Positions 50,364-62,222 of a stretch of 64,000 nucleotides of DNA are shown one piece after another. The notes under the pieces are model-generated. The model was not told the DNA's origin. It made no database searches and saw only the letters and a program-made list of their open reading frames with translations. Location: the NCBI GenBank assembly GCA_951804945.1, contig OX638156.1:5518001-5582000 (forward strand). Direction: 5' to 3'. Positions within the stretch are counted from its first letter, which is position 1; each line of letters starts with the position of its first letter. The translations under genes and the position numbers were made by a program. The DNA comes from Podarcis cretensis (Eukaryota).

Positions 50364-51260
50364 TACTGATGTTTCTTAACTTGGGTTGGGGTTGATGACA
50401 ACCTTATAAACTATTCAAAGGGTCAATGAATTCAGAAGTTTGGGAAATGCTGGATTAGAGCATAGGCTGCCATGGGTGCCATACAGGCAACAGGGATTCA
50501 TGCCAAACCCGTGGAGGAGCAGGAGGAGCTTTGAGCTCAGATTGCAGATCTGGGGAAAATATGTCCTACCAGGATAGGAGGACGGATACAAGCACTCTTG
50601 GGTTATACTCTTGATTCTTTTGTTAAGCTTTTGTGTCCTTCGAGAAGCCACTTCACCTCTCCATGACTCTGTTTACCAATCAGAATATACTTCACAGCCT
50701 CCCAGGAGAGCTGCGAAGCTTGACTAATTAATGACTAAAAGGGAACCTAGAAGCCTCTTGGGAGTAAATCTAATATGTAGAAATCAGGTATTCTTAGCAT
50801 GATAGTTTCCATTTTAAAATTCTACAACACAAGAAAAACATAATAACCTTAGATTTAAAAAATTGCAGCCATTTGACATATATTCCAAATTCTGAAAGCA
50901 TTTCTGAAAGCTTTCAGCAGCAGATGCAGATCGGCTCTGTGCTCTTTTATAGTTTAGAGTAAAAACCTGCACAAGGAGGAACAACTACCTGACCTCTGTA
51001 GGTGAGGAGCAAGATCATAACTAGCACTTGAGGAATATGTTGCTTAAGTAAGGCTGGGAACCAGCAAGGAATTAGGTATACATGAAAGCAATGAATTCAG
51101 TGAGATGAAGTGTGCCTTGTATTTGCTATGCCATGGAAATCAAAGGGATAGTTAAGTCCTGGGCAAGAGTAAATACTATTGTGGGATGTAGTTCCCTTGG
51201 TAACTTTACCATTTAACCAACAGTCAAGTTATATCATGGATGTGCCAACTTTTAGGAGAA

Positions 51261-51673
51261 AGGGACAGGAGTGGTGCTGTGGTCTAAACCACTGAGCCTC
51301 TTGGGCTTGCCCATCAGAAGGTTGGCAGTTCGAATCCGCCAGGTGGGGTGAGCTCCTGTTACTGTCCCAGCTTCTGCCAACCTAGCAGTTCAAAAGCATG
51401 TGAGCACAAGTAGATAAATAGGTACTGCTACGACAGGAAGGTAAATGGCGTTTCCGTGCACTCTGGTTTCTGTCATGGTGTTCCATTGCACCAGAAGCAG
51501 GTTAGTTATGCTGGTCACATGACCTGGAAAGCTGTTTGTGGACAAACGCCAGGTCCCTCGGCCTGAAGCGAGATGAGGGCCGCACCCCATAGTCGCCTTT
51601 GACTGGACTTAACCGTCCAGGGGTCCTTTACCTTACCTTACCTTACCTTACCTTACCTTACCTTACCTTACCA
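51261..51673 (+). mobile_element. Sauria SINE with expanded (ACCTT)n tail
   Basis: Core match; about 9 ACCTT units at 51629-51673. Confidence 0.9.
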
Positions 51674-52654
51674 CTGACAATTAATTACAAGATTCCTGAT
51701 TACAGTTTCATTCTTTTAGAAGTCAAATGAGTGAAGAGAAAGAGAGATAGCCTGAGAAACAACTGACTCATGCTACTGTACTTCCTGTTTCATGTCAGCA
51801 GGTTTTTCAGAAAGGACCAGCTTCCAAGTACTTTACATCAACAATATTGTACAAGCCAACTGTTGTTTGCATGTTTCTGAGTTCTCTTTTGCAGAGTGCA
51901 AAAGCTCTCAATAGAGCAAGAACAGTATAAACATATAATTTCCTATGATCACCTTCATAGCTACTAATTACTTTGCTGTTTAACCATCTCTTGACTTGAT
52001 ATTCTTAATATTTGAGGCTTATGAATCCACCATCAAGCCTGATCTGCTTTTTATATACCACCACCAAGCCATGCCTGGTGTGCTTCTCACCCTTTCACAA
52101 TTGTTCCTTCCTGTTTGAAGATTTACTGTATTCTCTGATAGCCAGAAAAAGATGTCTGAGCTAAACATTTTACTTTAAAAGAAACACTACATTTTTTAAA
52201 AGTTGGGTGAATAAAATATGTTGCCTGAAATCTGCTCACAGGCAACTTGAATCCTATTAAGTTAGCTATTATTCTTTATGTATTCTACATATGCTTTCCT
52301 TTTGTAATTTTGGTGTAAATAGGCAAAGATTATCTTATGCACAAGTTCTATTTCCTCTCAGAAATTATGCCATAATTTCTATACTTAGTCTAATCTTACA
52401 AAACAAGCTGTTTCTTCCACTCCCTGTGACATCCACCAACCAATTTCTGACTCTTTTACTAATTTACATAGTGTAATTTGCATAGGGCAATTAAGCTAAT
52501 TTTCATAGGACAATTTTACTAGCAAAATTTACTTAAAGAGTGATTTAATATGGCATATTTTATTTGCATTTAGTAAACAAAACTAAAAATGTTGACACTG
52601 CCAAGTTTGACTAAAATTGTATTTGCAGTTGGCATTCATTCATTCATTGTTGTT

Positions 52655-53040
52655 GTTATTGTTATTTATTCAATTTATATACCACCATTTATTAAAAGGT
52701 CCTAGGGCGGTGTACAACATTAAGAACACATATTATGGAGCATAATAATAAACTATAATAAAAACATAGTAACAGATAGTATAATAACATAATAATCGTA
52801 GTAACAGTCCCTCCGATCAGCTTTAACATAAACTATTTAATGGCCAAAGGCCTGAGTAAAGAAGAATGTTTTGCCTAGCATCTAAAGACATGTAATGATG
52901 GCGCTAGGCAAGTCTCTCTGACGAGAGCATTCCACTGACAGGGTGCCACCACCAAAAAGGCCTCTTGTTGTGTTGCCAACAAGGGGGGGGGGACATAAAG
53001 AAGGGCCTTGGATGACAAGCGCAGAGTCCGGGTCGGTTCA
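52655..53040 (-). mobile_element. L2-like 3' fragment
   Basis: (TTA) tail; ttgcctagcatctaaa...gagcattccac..cagggtgccaccacc.aaaaggcc. Confidence 0.6.
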
Positions 53041-53417
53041 TAAATTTATGAGACAGAATATTTTCTGCCCTAGATGACTTACACTAACAAACTTTCCCTT
53101 CTTCAGACATAACAAGTAACTGACATTAGTTGAAAACAGGAGTAAAAGCTTCTGATTTTCTCCTATGGACTTAGAGAAATATTTGCAGGAGCTGGAGGCT
53201 TATGCATGTAATGCTAAACTAAGGCTGAAATGTGCAAATGCAACTAGTATCAATGTCAGAGCTCCTGCCAACCTAGCAGTTCGAAAGCACGTCAAGTGCA
53301 AGTAGATAAATAGGTACCGCTTCTGCCTGAAGATAAATGGTGTTTCCGTGTACTGCTCTGGTTCGTCATGCTGGCCACATGATCCGGAAGCTGTATGCAG
53401 GCTCCCTCAGCCAGTAA

Positions 53418-53474
<57 letters not shown>

Positions 53475-54123
53475 TTATTTATACCCCGCCCATCTGGCTG
53501 GGTTTCCCCAGTCACTCTGGGCGGCTTCAAACAGAATATTAAAATACAGTGGTGCCCCGCAAGACGAATGCCTCGCAAGACGAAAAACCCGCTAGACGAA
53601 AGGGTTTTCCGTTTTGGAGGCGCTTCGCAAAACGAATTTCCCTATGGGCTTGCTTCGCAAGACGAAATGTCTTGCGAGTTCCTGCGGGGTTTTTTTCCCT
53701 TCCCCCCCCTTTTTCTAAGCCGCTAAGCCGCTTATCTGCTTATCCGCTAAGCTGATAAGCCGCTAAAAGCCGCTAAGCCGCTAATAGCGCTAATCCGCTA
53801 AGCCGTCAATGGGCTTGCTTCGCAAGACGAAAAAACCGCTAGACGAAGAGAATCGCGGAACGGATTCTTTTCGTCTTGCGAGGCACCACTGTACAATAAC
53901 CTATTAAGCATTAAAAGCATCCCTAAACAGGGCTGCCTTCAGATGTCTTCTAAAAGTCTGGTAGTTGTTTTTCTCTCTGACATCCGGCGGGAGGGTGTTC
54001 CACAGGGCAGGTGCCACTATCGAGAAGGCCCTCTGCCTGGCTCCCTGTAACTTGGCTTCTCGCAGCGAGGGAACAGCCAGAAGGCCCTCAGCACTGGACC
54101 TCAGTGTCTGGGCAGTGTCCAGG
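53418..54123 (-). mobile_element. L2 3' fragment with (ATT)n tail, itself interrupted by a MITE
   Basis: LRSSAEGLLAVPSLREAKLQGARQRAFSIVAPALWNTLP...FRRHLKAALF; flanking cagtaa duplication. Confidence 0.85.
53547..53891 (+). mobile_element. Tc1/mariner (pogo/Tigger-like) MITE, copy 6
   Basis: TA TSD, same TIRs. Confidence 0.9.
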
Positions 54124-54519
54124 CAGTAATGCAAGATGAGCGCAGCAACCCCAGAGTCGTCCACGACTGGACCTAATGGTCAGGGGTCCCCTTACCTTTA
54201 CCTTACCAATGTCAGAGAGGCAAGAGTTCTCCCAGGTTCTATCTATTCTTACAGGTGCAGATGATCCCTCCTCAGAGGCTAAGACTCATCTAAACCCTGA
54301 ATCAGGGACCTGGCTGCTGGTTTTCTGTTTTCAGCATTTTGCATAGCACACAGCTATGCTCACCAAGTAAGTTCACCTTTTCTTGGTGTTCCTTGCCTAG
54401 ACATACCAGTACAAGGCTCTCCCCTCTGAAGAAAGTAAGTGAAGTGGCTTTTAAATAGGGCAGCAATCAGAAAATGACCAAAGCTTACACACACCTCAAG
54501 GCAAATACCGGTATATTTA

Positions 54520-54750
54520 CAGTGGTACCTCCAGTTACGAACTTCATTCGTTCCGGAGGTCCATTCTTAACTCGAAACCGTTCTTAACATGAAGCGCGCT
54601 TCCGCTAATGGGGCCTCCCGTTGCCGCCCCACAACTTCCGCTCGCATCCTGGGGCAAAGATAGCTACCGGGAGCAACTACTTCCTAGTTAGCAGAGCTCG
54701 TTACCTGAAGCGTTTGTAAGGATGACGGTACGTAACCCGAGGTTCCACTG
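54520..54750. mobile_element. Tigger-like MITE, third family
   Basis: TA-CAGTGGTACCTC.AGTTACG...CGTAACCCGAGGTTCCACTG-TA. Confidence 0.8.
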
Positions 54751-56176
54751 TATAGAAGAGCATATAAGTTAAATCAGCTCAGCTGTACTGAGCTGAGCAG
54801 GCAAGAGGCATATTTTTCTCCCTCTGTTCTGTTGCATTCTGATAAGGTGCTTATGCAATGCTTAAATCTCATTTTAATTGTGACAAACCACTTTCTGTTA
54901 ATGGATTAAAGAACTGAAGGAAGGATTTGTATTATTTATATAGTTAATTATTTTCATTTTTCTCCCCTTCGCCCACATCTAGAACACATGTTTTACTGAC
55001 ACTAGTCTGGTTGCAGTTCATCCACATACACCCCCGCCACCACTTTGAGGCTTCATACATCTGATCCCGTCTTGCTGTCACAAGCAAATATTTCTGATAT
55101 CTCCCCTGGAGGATTTGTTGCATTACTCACACAGAGCAAAAGTACAACTGTGCTTACTCATGCTTTGTAAATATTCTTGAATATAAGCATTTGGGAGAGC
55201 TGGGAGACACTTCCACAAAGCACTTCTACAAGCACGCAAGGCATGCAGAGGGGAAAATGAAATCCATCAAAACACTTTTCAATTAAAGGGTTATTAAATA
55301 GAAGGGGGGAGAAGAGAAGGGGAGTTGCATCCATTTTATTTCTCAATGTTCAGGTTAACTATTTTTTATTTTAAAATATTGTGATGGCTAAGAAACCATA
55401 ATGAGGCACCACGATCCTGGGACTACTTGTGAGTAAGTGGTTTCAAGAGAGCAGCCAAACTCTTCAAGAGGAAAAAAAAGATCAGAGCCAAGAATGGGGC
55501 TCTTATTTTCCAAATGATGGTTTGCTAAATTTGGAAGGAATTAGATTTTTTTTTTTTAAAAAAAGACAAAAATATGTTTATTGTAGTGTAGCCCAGATTC
55601 TAAGAAAGAAAAATGTTCCTATGCCCTTACTTTCTTTCTGCATCAAATGTTATTTCTCGTTTTTATTTATCAGAACAGAGGAGAACATATTTTTGGCAAC
55701 AGGAATGTTTAAATGTTTCGGTAACAGCTGTGCAAATGCATACTGAATTGACTGTAATAATATTAGGAGCCGAGCTGCAGTTTCTTTTGCAGCTTCTCAT
55801 TCTGTTCAAAGCAGGGAGAAGCTTACTGCCAACAGTAGTTCCAACTCGATTTATTATGCGATAACACTTGATGTTAAGTCTATTTTTAGAACTCATATGC
55901 GCGTGCGCCACACACTTGTGAAACCAGGAAGAGGCAACAAAGCAAGGAAAAAAGGAAAAAAAAACCTTCCAGTGACACAATCTGCAGTGGAGGTGATACT
56001 GAAGCCTCCATCTGCAACACAGTGACAAAACAAACAAACAAGTCCTCCCAGATGTTTGAAACTCTCTTGCTTACTACGCTTTCACTGCTAAACAATAGCA
56101 GTAGCTAAACCGTGGCGCAGAGAATGGTCTGAGGGACATGATGCAGCTTTACTGTAAGCTCCCTGGAAGTGAGTCA

Positions 56177-56177
<1 letters not shown>

Positions 56178-56221
<44 letters not shown>
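56178..56221. repeat. (ATT)n microsatellite
   Basis: Direct reading. Confidence 0.9.
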
Positions 56222-56309
56222 GCATGTATGCCATGCCTTTCTAGCACATTTTGAAGATTCTGAACTTAGAGTAAGTAAAAGTGATAAGTGAAGCAGCATT
56301 ATCAACAAT

Positions 56310-56674
56310 GGGACGTGGGTGGTGCTGTGGTCTAAACCACAGAGCCTAGGGCTTGCTGATCAGAAGGTTGGCGGTTTGAATCCCCCGCAACAGGGTGGGC
56401 TCCCGTTGTTTGGTCCCAGCTCCTGCCAACCTAGCAGTTTGAAACCACATCGAAGCGTAAGTAGATAAATAGGTACCACTCCGGCGGGAAGGTAAACAGC
56501 ATATCTGTGTGCTGCTCTGGTTTGCCAGAAGCGGCTTAGTCATGCTGGCCACATGACCTGGAAGCTGTCTGCAGACAAATGCCAGCTGCCTCAGCCTCTA
56601 GAGTGAGATGAATGTGCAACCCCAGAGTCGTCTGCAAGTGGACCTGACGGTCAGGGGTACCTTTACCTTTACCT
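56310..56674 (+). mobile_element. Sauria SINE
   Basis: Full length; TSD attatcaaca (56298-56307 and 56675-56684). Confidence 0.92.
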
Positions 56675-57064
56675 ATTATCAACAGGAGAAGCCCCAAGGC
56701 TCTGGCCAGGGCCATAGGAGCCAATTATTAGGGGCCGAGGTCCCATTGGCTCCCCCAATAAAATATTTGAGGCGACTGCCCCCCCCCAGTTTATGGGCAT
56801 TACCATTCAAATGGTGCGCATGCACCACGTCTTGTGATCAATTATGCAAGGCAGGGCTTACCTGCCCCCTCCCCAATATCTTTTTAAGTTGGCACCTCTG
56901 GCTAGGGCCATCTCTCAGGTGCTTATTTTACATCATACTTTCTCATAGCAGCCTAGAGGAAGAGAGGAAACCGGTTTGTATGAAGCCAAATGATTTGTCC
57001 AGGTAGCCAAGTATTGCCTGCTCCTGACTAACAGTGAATCTCCTGTTTCCCTGGCAAATGTCTT

Positions 57065-57162
57065 CCCCATCAACTGCTACCTGATCCTTTCAAGTGGAGA
57101 TACCAAGGACTGAACATAGGGCTTTCTGCATGAAAAACATGTGCTACTACTGAGCTATGGTC
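57065..57162 (-). mobile_element. tRNA-derived (Squam-type) SINE head, degenerate
   Basis: Reverse reading ccatagctcagtagtagcacatgtttttcatgcagaaagccctatgttcagtcc; related copy near 37630-37730. Confidence 0.5.
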
Positions 57163-58285
57163 ATTCGCAAGAGAGAGCAAGCAGAATGTACAACCTGCAC
57201 CTGTGGGGCCTAGTGGCTGCCATGCCCCGTTAAAGTGTGTTGGCAAATTTCACTTTATAATTAACTTTTCCATACATCTTAGGCAAGCATGTAAGTCACT
57301 TTTTGTTCTTCCTTATTTTGAATAATAGAGGAAGTTAATCCTCTGAGTATTCCATATCAACATAATTAGAGGTTGCAATTAAAGTACATCGTCTTACGGG
57401 GGTGGGGGAATTCTGTGCAGTCTATTGGATACTTAGGCATGTAAGAATACTTCTCAGGCATGGCTTTTCATGCAGATAGTAAGCCCAAGAGTGTCATCTC
57501 TTGAAAGCTAACAGCTTGTTAGGTAGGTAAATGTCACCTAGGATTGCCAACAGGAGGCAGTGTAATTAGCATAGAACTGCGAGGCAACTTTGGAAGCCAG
57601 GAGGAAAACATATTTTGTGACTGAGGCTGAAATCTACAGAATTTGCAGCCTGGCATACTTGAGAAGGCTTAGCCCCACTGACTCCAAATGGGGAAAAGAT
57701 GGCTTATGTTTATAGCTCCTGGATAGCAGAAAATCAGATCAAGAGCAGTGTGTGTAACAGGAATGCAGCACTTCCTGCAGGTATTAACCCTTCAGTATCC
57801 TTACTAGGAGCTTACTATGTCAACCCAAAGGATGTATTACTTTATCCAAGTTGCAAACTTTTGATGTGGTGAAGACACTTCGTGCCTCCAATCTGGCCCT
57901 ATAGCTTTGCTATTCCTGGCGGCACTGTTGCCACTCCCCTCAGCACACTTCTCAGAAGAATATATGTGAGCCAGCCTTACCTACACACAAACCTACTCCC
58001 AAACTGAGACATTCAATTCACCACTCTTTTCTACGGCCCTCTCTGCACTTCCCTCCAAGACCTTGTATGAGTTTCAACAAGTATCCAGAAGAGTTATACA
58101 GCTAGATTCACCCACTAAATACTGTATGTTTTTGAATTCTATTTCTGAAAACACCAGTCTCACATATAACATGAAAGACAATATTTGAAATGGAGGACAG
58201 TTTCAAAAACAGCTTGTGATGTGGCATGTGGATTTGCAGTTGAAAGGTGGGAAGGGCAGAGGAAAGACAAAAATCCCACTGCAGT

Positions 58286-58588
58286 CAGAGCTGTCTTAAG
58301 CATATGCGATGCCGGGGGTGCAAAGATCCGTCTGGCAGCCCCCGCCCAAGGTTGCCCAGTCCCAGGCACACAGGAGGGCGGAGCTGGCTGGCCGCCTCAG
58401 CATCTCGCTGGCTTGGTTGCCCCCGAACTTGCAGCGCAGAGCTGCCTGCAGCAGAAGAGCCCGTCGCGGCGCTCCAACCAATGGGTGGGCTCTTCCCCAG
58501 ACTGAACTCTCAGGCCCTGGACTCTCGGCCTGGTGCCCCTGAGAGCCGGGTGCCCCACACCCCTAGCGCCTATGGGTAAGACGGCCCT
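58286..58588. mobile_element. GC-rich TIR MITE (hAT-like)
   Basis: Ends cagagctgtctta...taagacggccct; TSD unclear. Confidence 0.55.
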
Positions 58589-60167
58589 AGCAGGCGTACA
58601 CCCACACCTAACCTACACCCCTTCTGTTGTGCCCAAAGCAGTTCTTTGGAACTTGGTCAATGTGGGTTGTAGCCAATGCAGTAATAAGTTAAAGTCGCTT
58701 AGCAGTATACTTGTTCCGCTGGTAAAATGTTTTGCACAAGCAAACACTGTTGCGCAAGAGAATGCATAAGCAGGTTGATGGCAATTCTGTTCTGCGATAG
58801 ACTACAAACCTGTTGCATGAGTTCCCACTAATGCTACTGTCATACCGGATTCTTCTGTTATACATTAAAACTCACCTGTCAGCTAGCACAAGAGATACAA
58901 CCCTGCGTCCTGAATGTTGTTGCTGCTCTCCCATTCAAACTTCACTGAAAACCTCAATGTCATGTTTCGACGCAAATCTCTTGGTTGTAGCCTGACCTTT
59001 CTTTCCTCCACAGAGCAGCCAAACTGCTGCTTTTGCTTGGCTTCCTTTTCTTTTTAAACAGAATCACCTAGTAGTCCAATGCTGTGGAATACTACCCCTC
59101 TAATGGTTATCTAGGGGTAAAGCTGATCTTGGTCTTATACACGAGCACATAATGGGCATTTGTACACATCACAAAGTTGCCCTTTCTGAGTCTGTCCAAC
59201 ATGGAAACAGAAGCAGCTGGTTATCCTTCAGAGAAGATCAGCAGACACTGGGGAAGGTGACAACAGGAAAGGACAAAATAAAAGAAGCGCCCTGCAGGAT
59301 CAGACCAAAAAGTATGCCTAGTCTAGCAACCTGTTTCCCCACAGAGGCTACCTGTACCTTCTGGAAAACCTACAAGCAAGAAAAGGTGACTGTTCTGTTG
59401 CGCCTTTTAGAAGTGGTAAGCCAGGAGGTGCCACAACATAGCCATTAACAGACTGTGAGTTTGCCTAATTCCCCTTTAAAGCCATCTTACTGGAACCACC
59501 CTATCGGTTGACACCAAATTCTGTACACGGTTGAGAGTTGTGGTTTTACCACTTCAGTTGTGGATCCTATGGTGGTAGCAGCCATCCTCCAGATGCTCAC
59601 ACACAACCACTTTTACCAACCAACACTTGTAAATGTGAGGCTTTGTGTGAGACCGAGACAGAGGTGACAGAAGCAACCCAAAGTCTTCATGGATTATGTC
59701 TGAAGTAGTAAGACTATTGGCCCAAGGTACATCACAGAGCACAGCATAGGGTTAAAAGATCTCAAATGATCTCCTCAAATTGGTGATATTCTTATAAATA
59801 ATGCGGGGCTAGACAGACCTTTCTCTGAGCTATTTCTTGTGTTCCTAAGCTAGGAACAATGGACATATATTAGTTATGCCTCAGAGATTCAGTGTATGTA
59901 CACGTTGTAATTTTTAAAACACACTGGTCTACCACAGGAATTTCTCTCTCTCTCTTGCTTTTTTTTCTTTTTTTAAGTACACCATGTAAGCTTCAAAGCC
60001 CAAACCTTTTCTAGACCCTCAAGCTACCCAACTTTTCAAGGCCTAAGTGACAAAGCCAAAAGACTAGTCAAGAAAAAGTTGGGGAGGACCTGCTCCCCTC
60101 TTTACCAGGTGCAGCTATAAAAAGTAGTTCCCCTTAAGCATCCTTTTGCTCTCACCCCACAGAGACA

Positions 60168-60550
60168 GTAAGGTAAGGTAAAGGACCCCTGGATGGTCCA
60201 GTCCAGTCAAAGGTGACCATGGGGTGTGGTGCTCATCAGCTTCAGGCCAAGGGAACCGGCGTTTGTCCACAGGCAGCTTTTCTGGGTCATGTGACTAGCA
60301 TGACTAAACCGCTTCTGGCACAATGGAACACAGTGACAGAAGTTGGAGCATACGGAAACGCCCTTTACCTTTCTGCTGCAGCAGTACCTATTTATCTACT
60401 TGCACTGGTGTGCTTTCAAGCTGCCAAGTTGGCAGGAGCTGGGACAGAGCAATGGGAGCTCACCCCATCGCAGGGATTCAAACTGCTGACCTTCCAATCC
60501 GCAATCCCCAGGAGGCTGGGTGGTTTAGACCACAGCACTACCCACGTCCC
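60168..60550 (-). mobile_element. Sauria SINE (older, diverged)
   Basis: Reverse core and ggtaa tail; gacagta flanks. Confidence 0.88.
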
Positions 60551-60832
60551 TGCAAGGACAGTAGACAGCAACAAAAGTGCTGGTGCTGGTGTTGCTGTTT
60601 TGAGAGTCAGCATCATTTTTTTGCTTTTTACTTTTTCTAATATGCCTTGACTTTCTCTGTAAAATGGAAAATAATAAAACAAAAAAAAATGTAACTCAAC
60701 ATGGGGAACCTATCAGCTCCAGCATTCTGTTCCAGCCAGCAGGGCCAGTGGTTGAGAATGATGGGAGTTGCTTTCCAGTAATATCTGGAGGGCTAAAGGT
60801 TTCCCAGCCCTGATCTAACGTTTGCTTGATGG

Positions 60833-61171
60833 GTAAAAAGGTAAAGGCAAATGACCCCTGACAGTTAAGTCCAGTCGCAGATGCGCTCATCTTGCTTTAC
60901 AGGCTGAGGGAGCCAGCGTTTGTCCGCAGACAGTTTTTCCAGGTCATGTGGCTAGCATGACTAAGCCGCTTCTGGCGCAATGGAACACCAAAACCAGAGC
61001 AGCGCACGGGAACGCTGTTTGCCTTCCCGCCGGAGCGGTACCTATTTATCTACTTGCACTTGCGTGCTTTCAAACTGCTAGGTTGGCAGGAACTGGGACT
61101 GAGCAACGGGAGCTCACCCCGTCGTGGGGATTTGAACCACCAACCTTCTGATCGGCAAGCCCAAGAGGCTC
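60833..61171 (-). mobile_element. Sauria SINE (5'-truncated)
   Basis: Reverse core and tail. Confidence 0.85.
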
Positions 61172-61595
61172 CGGTAGTTTATTTTAGATGCAATTTTTCT
61201 ATTACTATGTTAGTAAGTAGTAATTATGCAATTAACAGAACAGAATGCTTCTGATTTGGGTTACAAGCTTGCTATTGCTGCTTTTACTAGCAGCTTGGCA
61301 TGTAGAAATTCAGCCAGCAATGCTTTTCCCACTTGTAACCTCTATGTTTACCTGCCACATTTTTCATGATAGGCTGCTCCTAAAGAAGCCTTGCATTGAA
61401 GCACTAGCCTGGAAGTCACTGGTGACCAGGAACTACATGCAGGGGAGCACATGAAATTCCGCATAGGCAACTGGGGAAGGATGAAGGAAGGACAGAGATA
61501 GAAATGATGTGGAATTCTCCATCCCTCCTCTGCCAACCCCCAGGAAGCTAGTAAAAATAAAATAAAATTGCACAGTAGTAATTTGTATTTACAAG

Positions 61596-62222
61596 TGCCA
61601 TCAAATGCCATCAAATGCCAACAGTGTCCTTCAGCTCTCTATACTGGACAAACAGGCCAAACCTTACGCCAAAGAATAAACGGACATAAATCCGACATCA
61701 GGAACCACAAGACAGAGAAACCAGTAGGAGAACACTTCAATCTCCCAGGACATTCTATACAAGATCTCAAAGTAGCTGTTCTATTACAAAGGAATTTCAG
61801 AAATAGACTGGAAAGAGAAGCTGCTGAATTGCAACTTATCACCAAACTTAAAACCATGGAGAGACCTGGTCTGAACAAAGACATTGGATTCTTATCTCAT
61901 TATACATGACAAAGCCATTTTTCACCTTCTCACCCCTTGCTTTTTCCTGTAAGACCTATTGCAGTCGTTAAGAGTCGTCAACAGGCTCATCACAGCTATC
62001 TGCCAATCACCCAATCCCACCACCCTTCTGAGTAATACCCCTCCCCACCTTCTCACTATATAGAAGGGTCTGGTGACTTCCGTTTCAGTGTATCTGAAGA
62101 AGTGTGCATGCACACGAAAGCTCATACCAAGAACTAACTTAGTTGGTCTTTAAGGTGCTACTGGAAGAAATTTTTTTATTTTGTTTTGACTATGGTAGAC
62201 CAACACGGCTACCTATCTGTAA
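61596..62222 (+). mobile_element. Penelope-like element 3' fragment (GIY-YIG endonuclease end and terminal repeat region)
   Basis: AIKCQQCPSALYTGQTGQTLRQRINGHKSDIR...VGEHFNLPGHS...REAAE...GLN; end agaccaacacggctacc; 13-bp TSD ttgtatttacaag (61583-61595 and 62223-62235). Confidence 0.92.
62090..62127 (+). ncRNA. Minimal type I hammerhead ribozyme motif in the Penelope-like element
   Basis: GUAU-CUGAAGA-A-GUGUGCAUGCACAC-GAAA-GC-UC^AUAC: conserved core, palindromic stem II, GUAU/AUAC stem I, palindromic AGCU stem III. Confidence 0.85.

Larger units (their letters stand above)
53261..54206 (+). mobile_element. 5'-truncated Sauria SINE split by nested L2 and MITE insertions
   Basis: SINE halves at 53261-53417 and 54124-54206; outer TSD caatgtcagag. 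Confidence 0.85.
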
